Shown here in pieces: positions 57,615 to 64,000 of a stretch of 64,000 nt of DNA. The stretch comes from Candidatus Fermentibacteraceae bacterium. Its GTDB lineage: Bacteria > Fermentibacterota > Fermentibacteria > Fermentibacterales > JCC-6. Every line of letters begins with the position of its first letter. The first letter of the stretch is position 1. The stretch covers positions 160,001 to 224,000 of the forward strand of contig JBGSZS010000018.1 in the NCBI GenBank assembly GCA_041750285.1, in the 5' to 3' direction. Made by a program: the position numbers and the translations under genes. The notes under the pieces are model-generated. The model saw only the letters and a list, made by a program, of their open reading frames with translations, had not been told where the DNA came from and made no database searches.

Positions 57615-58333
57615 CGCTTTTGGAATCGACGCTTCCGCTGCTGGCAGTGTTCGTGGCAGGAGCGCTTCAGGGCTTCTGCGGTTTCGGGTATTCACTGCTG
57701 GCCATGCCCCTTCTGCTTCTCATGATGCCTGCAGGAACAGCCGTTCCCATTCTTTGCATCACCGGGATCGCGCTGAACGTGGTGCTTCTGATCATGACAA
57801 GGAAGCATCTCGACCTCAGGGGGCTGGCACCCCTGGCCATTGCCGGTGCTGTGTTCACCCCGGTCGGGGTCTGGCTGATCAGGGAGGTTCCCGCTGAAAC
57901 CGCGAAAACAGCGATAGGGACAGGTGTGGCTGTTATTTCGATGGCAATGCTTCTGAAACTCAGGGTCGGGCTGCGCAAGACAACCCCGGGGCTGCTGGCT
58001 GCAGGCGCGGTAAGCGGTATTCTCAACGGCTTCGCGACCTTCAGCGGTCCCCCCGTCGTCCTTCTGCTCTCCGCCAGCGGCGAGGGCAGGGATGGGATCA
58101 GGTCGTGCCTTGCGGCTTACTTCCTGCTTCTGGGGCTCATAGGGGCGCTGTCGTACTCCACGATGGGAGTGCTGACAACCGAGACCCTGCGATCGGTAGG
58201 CATCGCGCTTCCCTTCACCGTGGGGGGCGCTGCGGCGGGGGCGCTGATTGCGCGCAGATCTGACGGGGAATCATTCAGGAGGCTGTCACTAGTGATAATG
58301 GCAGTACTGGGGATTCTGACGGCAATGGCCTAA
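57611..58333 (+). CDS. Sulfite exporter TauE/SafE family membrane protein
   Basis: AGALQGFCGFGYSL..MP and internal repeat SGILNGFATFSGPP; about 8 TM segments. Confidence 0.9.
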   Translation: MTLLESTLPLLAVFVAGALQGFCGFGYSLLAMPLLLLMMPAGTAVPILCITGIALNVVLLIMTRKHLDLRGLAPLAIAGAVFTPVGVWLIREVPAETAKTAIGTGVAVISMAMLLKLRVGLRKTTPGLLAAGAVSGILNGFATFSGPPVVLLLSASGEGRDGIRSCLAAYFLLLGLIGALSYSTMGVLTTETLRSVGIALPFTVGGAAAGALIARRSDGESFRRLSLVIMAVLGILTAMA

Positions 58334-58803
58334 AGGAAGGGCTGGCCGATTCTCCACTCACCCTGTTCCAGAACCAGGGCAAAGCAGGTTTCTTCCGTTT
58401 CCCCTGACGCCAGGTCGACCTCACACATCACTATGGCCGTGTCACCACGCATCGGACCCATTGAGCAACTGATCCGGTTCCTGTCGGGAAGCTGGGAAAC
58501 GAGCACCGGAGCATCGAGAACGACCCTCACAAAGCTTGTTTCTGTCAGGCAGGAAACCTCCTGACTGCTGCACTGTCTGCCTATCCATCGGCTGATCTGC
58601 TCCGCGGCCTGAGCGGGCTGCATTTTGGCCATCGTTATCATCATGGAAAGCGAGGCCTGGTTCTCGGAGCTGAGCATGCGGAAAACCGTTTCGGCATCGT
58701 ACCTGTAAACGGCGTCGATGAATCCTTCCATGACCTGGACGGGGTCGGCCGAAAGCGCAGATGCAGTGTAAAGAAGCAGGAAGGGCAGCAGGACTCTGGT
58801 CAT
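58330..58803 (-). CDS. Hypothetical exported protein (NTF2-like pattern)
   Basis: Signal peptide MTRVLLPFLLLYTASALSA; DPVQVMEGF; GDTAIV; LVLEQGEWRI. Confidence 0.7.
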   Translation of the reverse strand: MTRVLLPFLLLYTASALSADPVQVMEGFIDAVYRYDAETVFRMLSSENQASLSMMITMAKMQPAQAAEQISRWIGRQCSSQEVSCLTETSFVRVVLDAPVLVSQLPDRNRISCSMGPMRGDTAIVMCEVDLASGETEETCFALVLEQGEWRIGQPFL

Positions 58804-58916
58804 CGATGAACATCCTTTCCGATGTGTGCGGCACCCCTCCCGGCATACAATACCCCGAAAACGCATGGAGTGTTCCCGGGGGTTCTGAGATGAGAGTGGA
58901 AAGGCCGAAACAGGAC

Positions 58917-58944
58917 GGGGCGGAGGTTTTGAAGCCTCCGCCCC
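58917..58944 (-). terminator. Hairpin downstream of the TWGxIK protein gene
   Basis: GGGGCGGAGG-ttttgaag-CCTCCGCCCC. Confidence 0.6.
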
Positions 58945-58960
58945 CGGGATCAGACTAGGT

Positions 58961-59686
58961 CTAGAATGATGCCTTGATCTCGCCCCATGTGCTGCGGGTA
59001 AGGGCGGTGCCTTCCCACATGAACTCGAGGATGTTCTCCCAGATAGCAACGTTCTGGGTGGCGTAAGCAGGTGTGAAACCGCTGATTACGCTTTTGCCGT
59101 CAATGGCGACACAGATGCCTGCCTGACCGGCGGTGGGTGATGAAGACCAGCCCGTGACCGGTGTTGCTGAGCCAACTGTGAACCTGCAGTTAAGGATTCC
59201 AAGACCGGGATCGCTCCAGCTCCAGTCAGAGATGCCTTCGCAGATGGGGTGCCCGGTTTCCCAGGCGTAGTGGGGGACAACGGGGGAACCGAAGGGAGAC
59301 GCCCCGGTGACGCCCATTGCGTTTGCAAGGGTCATCTGACCGGAGGTTCCGTTCAGCCACTCCCAGGTGGATACGTAGAGACGGCCGCCTCCGTTGTAGT
59401 AGCTGGAAATGCCCGACCAGCTCAGCTGATCGGAGTCTGCGTACCATGATTCAACTACGACGATGTCCCACGAACCAGTGGTAAGCGCGTCATTGAACTG
59501 GGTGTACATGCCGCCGGGGTTCCCGCTGGCCGGATAGACGTTGGCCGAAGGCCAGAGGTTGTCACAGGCGGTGAGAACCGCAGTACCGTAGGCACCGCTG
59601 GCATCGTAATAAACCAGGATGTTCGTTGGATCCTGTGCGATGAGCAGTGCAGATGCTACAAGAACGATTCCAAGAAACAGACGCAT
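58961..59686 (-). CDS. Secreted protein with C-terminal TWGxIK motif
   Basis: Signal peptide MRLFLGIVLVASALLIA-Q; ends ALTRSTWGEIKASF. AGGAG RBS. Confidence 0.85.
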   Translation of the reverse strand: MRLFLGIVLVASALLIAQDPTNILVYYDASGAYGTAVLTACDNLWPSANVYPASGNPGGMYTQFNDALTTGSWDIVVVESWYADSDQLSWSGISSYYNGGGRLYVSTWEWLNGTSGQMTLANAMGVTGASPFGSPVVPHYAWETGHPICEGISDWSWSDPGLGILNCRFTVGSATPVTGWSSSPTAGQAGICVAIDGKSVISGFTPAYATQNVAIWENILEFMWEGTALTRSTWGEIKASF

Positions 59687-59792
59687 TTTCCTCTCCTTTC
59701 AAGAGAGTTTGTAACATTCCCCCCTCTGGAATGCCTGACAAATATTACTACCAGTTCAGGGGGTGGATTGTCAATCTCACCCGTGTTCCATT

Positions 59793-62189
59793 TTACTTCC
59801 TCGTCAGCCTGCACACCCTTCCCGCAACTGGTGCGGAGCTGCCGGCGCCGACAACCCGGACGCCCCTTGACTCGGCGGCCTTCACCCGGGCGGCCATGGG
59901 GGTGAACTCGAGCTCAAGCCACCTTCTGTCACCCGGGCTGAGAACGATTACATCGGCCTCGTCGGGGTTTCCCTCGACCCTGATGTCGGGTCCGCCCGGA
60001 GTCTGGAACCTTCCCCTCGGGCAAAGGTAGCTGTCACGGCCAACTGCGATCGTGCCCGCGGAATAGTGCCTGAGTGTTACCGGGCACTTGAGCGAGCAAA
60101 TGTCGCAGAGAGCATCTTCGTCATCATGGTGAAGACAGGCCCGTCCCGGCCACGGAAGCTTCACGCTGACGGCAGCCGTCGGGCAGACGTCGGTGCAGTT
60201 GCCGCAGCCCGTGCAGTCGGTTTCCCCGAAAGGCAGGTCCATGGCGGGCCTGACCCTTGTCTCGAAGCCCCTGCCCACGAATCCCAACGCGGGCTTCTGC
60301 AGTATGAAGGTACACGTCCTTATGCACTTGCCGCAGAGTATGCACTTGTTCGCGTCGTATACCATGAGGGTGTGGCTCTCGTCCACACGTTCACGGGCGG
60401 TCTTGCCCCTGAACCTGTCCATGTCCATGCCGTACTCTTCGCACAGCAGCCTGAGGTCGCAGTCATCGTATCGGACGCAACCGCAGGAGAGGCAGCGGGC
60501 GGCCTCGTCCGAGCACTGGGCTGCGTCGATGGGCAGAGCCACCTCCACGTCCATGCTCCGCCTTTGCCCGGCATGGACAGCTCCCTGCTGATTCGCGGGT
60601 TTCTCTTCCCTTTCGGGCAGAAGGTCGCGCCCGGGTTTCTCCCAGAAACCCTTGCTCGCCCTGAAAGGGGTCTTCTTCCTGACTCCCGTGAGGTGTCCGT
60701 GAATCGCTTCGGCGGCGTTCCTGCCATCGCGGATGGAGTCGATGACGACTGTGGGGCCGTGGTAACCGGCGTCGCCTGCGGCGAAGACCCCGGCCAGGTT
60801 GGTTTCGACTCCGGTGTCGCTGCCGGTGTCGATGGTATTCCAGCGAGTCACTCTCAGCTCTTCGTTCAGACCCGTGAGAAGGGGTTCCTGGCCAATGGCG
60901 CTGACGACAAGGTCGCAATCCAGGATGAACTCGCTGTCATCCATGGGTACCGGGCTTCTTCTTCCCGAAGCATCGGGTTCGCCAAGTGTCATCCTGATGC
61001 AGCGAAGACCCTTCAGAACCTTGTCGGATGTGCGCTCGATGCCCACCGGAGCGGCAAGCTCCATGAGTTCGATGCCTTCCTCGAGAGCTTCCTCGATCTC
61101 GAGGCTGTCGCACGGCATCTCCAGCCTGGTGCGCCGGTAGAGGATTATGACGCGGTCTGCCCCAAGCCTCCATGCGGTCCGCGCGGCATCCATGGCCGTG
61201 TTGCCGCCGCCAACCACAACGACCGTCCCCTTCAGGGCGGAACGGTTCAGGGCGTTTGCGACGAGGAAGTCGGCACCGGTCACGACACCCACCGTGTCCG
61301 ATTCGCCCTCGACCCTCATTGCCTTGCCGCTCCAGGCACCCGGTGAAAGAAGGACCGCATCGTGGGTCTTTCTGAGTTCGGCAAGCGTTACGTCCTGCCC
61401 TACCCTGGTGTTGAGCCTTATCTCGCATCCGGAGGCTTTCTTTATGAAGTCGATCTCGCGATCGAGGGCCTCGTCGGGCAGCCTGTACTCGGGAATGCCG
61501 TAGCGAAGCATTCCACCGGCTTTTTCCATTGCCTCGATGATCACCGGTTCATGCCCCCAGAGGCCAAGGAAGTACGCAGCGGTGAGGCCGGCGGGACCGG
61601 AGCCCACAATGGCCACTTTCCTGCCCGATGGTTCGGCCCTGGGCGGGAGTGTGTCGTAAACACCCTCCTGTTCCATCAGGAACCTTTTAACCCAGTTTAT
61701 GGAGACGCACTCATCGATCTCTGCCCTGTAGCACTGGTCTTCACATGCCCTTACGCAGACCCTTCCGCATACCGCCGGAAGAGGGTTCCTCTCCCTTATG
61801 AGTTCGACGGCTTCGGCGTACTTCCCCTGGGCAGCCAGGGCCAGGTAACCCTGGATGTCGACGTTGCCGGGACATCCCGTGAGGCAGGGCGAGACGCAGT
61901 CAGCCCAGTGGTTGGAAAGAAGAAGCTCGAGGGCGGTCCTCCTGGCGGCCCGCACCCGGGACGAATTGGTGTTGATGACCATGCCCTCGCTTACAGGTGT
62001 GGAGCATGCCGGGGCGAGGTTCCGCCTGCCCTCGACCTCCACGACGCAAACGAAGCACGAAGTGAAGGGCTCTGTGTCCTTCATGTGGCAGAGCGTTGGA
62101 ATAGTGTCGAGGCCGTGTTCGCGCACTGTGTCGAGTATTGTGCTGCCGGGTTTCGCCTCGACCGCTGCGCCGTTGATGGTAACCTTCAA
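59793..62189 (-). CDS. [2Fe-2S]-GltD/NfnB-like flavoprotein-ferredoxin subunit (StnC/NfnABC large-subunit-like)
   Basis: IPTLC..C..C.VEV...AC ([2Fe-2S]); CLTGCP, VCGRVC; GSGPAG; GGGNTAMD; YRRT; FAAGD; CILCGKC, CTGCGNC; CDICSLKC...CPRG. TTG start at 62189 after AGGAGG. Confidence 0.88.
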   Translation of the reverse strand: MKVTINGAAVEAKPGSTILDTVREHGLDTIPTLCHMKDTEPFTSCFVCVVEVEGRRNLAPACSTPVSEGMVINTNSSRVRAARRTALELLLSNHWADCVSPCLTGCPGNVDIQGYLALAAQGKYAEAVELIRERNPLPAVCGRVCVRACEDQCYRAEIDECVSINWVKRFLMEQEGVYDTLPPRAEPSGRKVAIVGSGPAGLTAAYFLGLWGHEPVIIEAMEKAGGMLRYGIPEYRLPDEALDREIDFIKKASGCEIRLNTRVGQDVTLAELRKTHDAVLLSPGAWSGKAMRVEGESDTVGVVTGADFLVANALNRSALKGTVVVVGGGNTAMDAARTAWRLGADRVIILYRRTRLEMPCDSLEIEEALEEGIELMELAAPVGIERTSDKVLKGLRCIRMTLGEPDASGRRSPVPMDDSEFILDCDLVVSAIGQEPLLTGLNEELRVTRWNTIDTGSDTGVETNLAGVFAAGDAGYHGPTVVIDSIRDGRNAAEAIHGHLTGVRKKTPFRASKGFWEKPGRDLLPEREEKPANQQGAVHAGQRRSMDVEVALPIDAAQCSDEAARCLSCGCVRYDDCDLRLLCEEYGMDMDRFRGKTARERVDESHTLMVYDANKCILCGKCIRTCTFILQKPALGFVGRGFETRVRPAMDLPFGETDCTGCGNCTDVCPTAAVSVKLPWPGRACLHHDDEDALCDICSLKCPVTLRHYSAGTIAVGRDSYLCPRGRFQTPGGPDIRVEGNPDEADVIVLSPGDRRWLELEFTPMAARVKAAESRGVRVVGAGSSAPVAGRVCRLTRK

Positions 62190-62199
62190 GACCGACCTC

Positions 62200-63912
62200 C
62201 TATTCCCTGATGATGGCATCGAAGGGGCATGCATCGTAACACGCGCCGCACTTCGTGCACTTGTGGTCGTCAATGGAGTGAACCTGCCCCCTCTGTCCGC
62301 TCACGGCATTCACGGGGCAGGCCTTCGCGCACAGGGTGCAGCCCCGGCATGTCTCAGGGTTCACGGCGAACTTGATCAGGGCCCTGCAGGAGCCGGCCGG
62401 ACACTTCTTTTCAAGAATGTGGGCCTCGTACTCGTTCCTGAAGTAGCGCAGGGTCGTGAGGATGGGATTGGGGGCCGTCTGCCCAAGGCCGCACAGGCTC
62501 CCGTCGATGATCTGCCTGCCGAGCGTTTCAAGGAAGGGAATGTCCTCCTCCCGCCCCTCGCCGGCAGTAATGCGTTCGAGGGTTTCAAGCAGCCGGCGGT
62601 TCCCCACCCGGCAGAAGGTGCATTTTCCGCACGACTCGTCGCAGGTGAAGCTAAGGAAGAACCTCGCTATGTCAACCATGCAGCTTGTTTCGTCCATGAC
62701 CACCATGCCGCCCGAGCCCATTATCGCACCGGTGGCGGGTATGGATTCGAAATCCACGGGAGTGTCGGCCAGATGCTCGGGTATGCAGCCACCGGACGGG
62801 CCGCCCATCTGAACGGCCTTGAATGCCTTGTCCTTCTTGATGCCACCGCCGATGCCGAAAACCAGGTGCCGGATGGGTGTGCCCATGGCAACCTCGGCAA
62901 GGCCGCCCCTCTTCACCTTGCCCGCAAGCGCGAAGACCTTGGTGCCGGGGCTCTTCTCCGTGCCTCTCTCCCGGAACGCCTTGACCCCGTTCCTCACGAT
63001 CCATGGAACGCACGCGTAGGTTTCCACGTTGTTGTTGTTCGTGGGTTTGGAAAAAAGCCCCTTCTCCGCCGGATAGGGCGGACGGAACGTGGGCATGCCC
63101 CGCTTGCCCTCGATGCTTCGGAAGAGGGCGGTTTCCTCGCCGCAGACGAAGGCTCCCGCGCCCATTTTGACCTTGAGGTGCACGCCCTGGGCGAATCCGC
63201 GTTCTTCGGCCTGGGCTATGGCATTCTCAAGCCGTTTCACAGCAAGGGGGTACTCGGCCCGGCAGTAGATGTAGCCGTTGGCCGCCCCGATGGCTCGGGC
63301 TGCTATTAGCATGCCCTCAATGACGGCGTGAGGATCGCCCTCGATGATCGACCTGTCCATGAAGGCGCCGGGGTCACCCTCGTCGGCGTTGCAGATTATG
63401 TATTTGTCCTCCCCCGCAGCCGATGCGGCGAAAGACCACTTCATTCCGGTGGGAAAACCTGCTCCGCCCCTTCCTCTGAGACCTGAATCCTTGATGAGCT
63501 GGATGATCTCCACGGGCGTCATTTCCCGAGCCATGCGAAGGGCTTCGTAACCGCCCCTGGCGATGTAGTCGTCCATGCTGTCGGGGTTGATGATGCCGCA
63601 GTTGCGAAGCACCAGCCTGTCCTGCTTTTCCAGGAAGTCGGCATGGCTGCCCCGGCCGTCGTCACTCCACACCAGGTGATCTGCGGGGTCGGCTCCCGAC
63701 GCGATTTCAAGGGCCATCTCGGGAGTGACCTCTCCGTATATCCTGCGTGAATCCCCGTCCCTGACCTCGAGCAGGGGCTCGACGAAGCACATTCCGATGC
63801 ATCCGGTGCCCGAAAGCTCATATTCCCCGGGATTGTTCCGAAGGGCTTCGATGACTTTTCCGGCTCCTGCGGAAAGGCCGCAGGTGCCGGTTCCAACAAG
63901 CAGCTTCCTCAT
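62200..63912 (-). CDS. NuoF/HydB-like NADH-binding flavoprotein subunit
   Basis: GLRGRGGAGF, NADEGDPGAFMDR, GAFVCGEET, SCGKCTFCR, SLCGLG, H...CPAGSC, C-terminal 2x[4Fe-4S]. Confidence 0.95.
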   Translation of the reverse strand: MRKLLVGTGTCGLSAGAGKVIEALRNNPGEYELSGTGCIGMCFVEPLLEVRDGDSRRIYGEVTPEMALEIASGADPADHLVWSDDGRGSHADFLEKQDRLVLRNCGIINPDSMDDYIARGGYEALRMAREMTPVEIIQLIKDSGLRGRGGAGFPTGMKWSFAASAAGEDKYIICNADEGDPGAFMDRSIIEGDPHAVIEGMLIAARAIGAANGYIYCRAEYPLAVKRLENAIAQAEERGFAQGVHLKVKMGAGAFVCGEETALFRSIEGKRGMPTFRPPYPAEKGLFSKPTNNNNVETYACVPWIVRNGVKAFRERGTEKSPGTKVFALAGKVKRGGLAEVAMGTPIRHLVFGIGGGIKKDKAFKAVQMGGPSGGCIPEHLADTPVDFESIPATGAIMGSGGMVVMDETSCMVDIARFFLSFTCDESCGKCTFCRVGNRRLLETLERITAGEGREEDIPFLETLGRQIIDGSLCGLGQTAPNPILTTLRYFRNEYEAHILEKKCPAGSCRALIKFAVNPETCRGCTLCAKACPVNAVSGQRGQVHSIDDHKCTKCGACYDACPFDAIIRE

Positions 63913-64000
63913 CGGGGACCTCCCGCGGCGAACTCTCTCAGAACCTTGACGGCTCCCGGAGGGGTAAGTTTTCCAAAGGTTTCCCCGTCGATCATCATAA
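63909..64000 (-). CDS. NuoE/HydC-like subunit, C-terminal fragment (5' end outside the window)
   Basis: ...MMIDGETFGKLTPPGAVKVLREF...*; the stop overlaps the NuoF-like ATG. Confidence 0.8.
   Translation of the reverse strand, partial: MMIDGETFGKLTPPGAVKVLREFAAGGPR

Noticed and set aside
58880..58915. Hammerhead-ribozyme-like string CTGAGATGAG...GGCCGAAAC
   Set aside because: The core does not match CUGANGA, and the would-be stem II is not complementary.
1..64000. CRISPR arrays, rRNA genes, IS transposases
   Set aside because: No regularly spaced direct repeats, rRNA-like stretches or transposase motifs were seen by eye.

Overview
A 64-kb, GC-rich, gene-dense chromosomal window from a probably anaerobic bacterium. 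A PorX-tsaE gene pair, a DUF3098-like gene and a secreted protein ending in STWGEIKASF point to an FCB-group lineage such as Fermentibacterota or Latescibacterota; this is inference, not a database result. Housekeeping content: glycine cleavage genes gcvT-H-PA-PB, a separate lpd, priA, tilS-hpt-ftsH-folE-folP-cdaA, kinase-porX-tsaE-tsaB-rimI/PNP-folC, xth, tRNA-Met(CAT), tRNA-Val(TAC), a heterodimeric ABC exporter, an M16 peptidase pair and a NuoEF/GltD-type (Stn/NfnABC-like) oxidoreductase at the right edge. The most unusual elements are: (1) three tandem membrane-anchored paralogs with an invariant MGAMCY motif and two CxxC pairs, directly upstream of and translationally coupled to a radical SAM enzyme (candidate protein-modification system); (2) a second triplet of exported VHEWGV-motif paralogs coupled to a TauE exporter; (3) a 152-bp AT-rich element with perfect 29-bp terminal inverted repeats between tRNA-Met and tilS; (4) a RimI-purine nucleoside phosphorylase fusion; (5) a GlmL-like ATPase module with no mutase nearby, at the end of the gcv operon; (6) an apparently catalytically dead prenyltransferase. 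No CRISPR array, rRNA, integrase or transposase was seen. I refined start codons by eye from RBS and stop/start overlaps, so they differ from the ORF track where noted.
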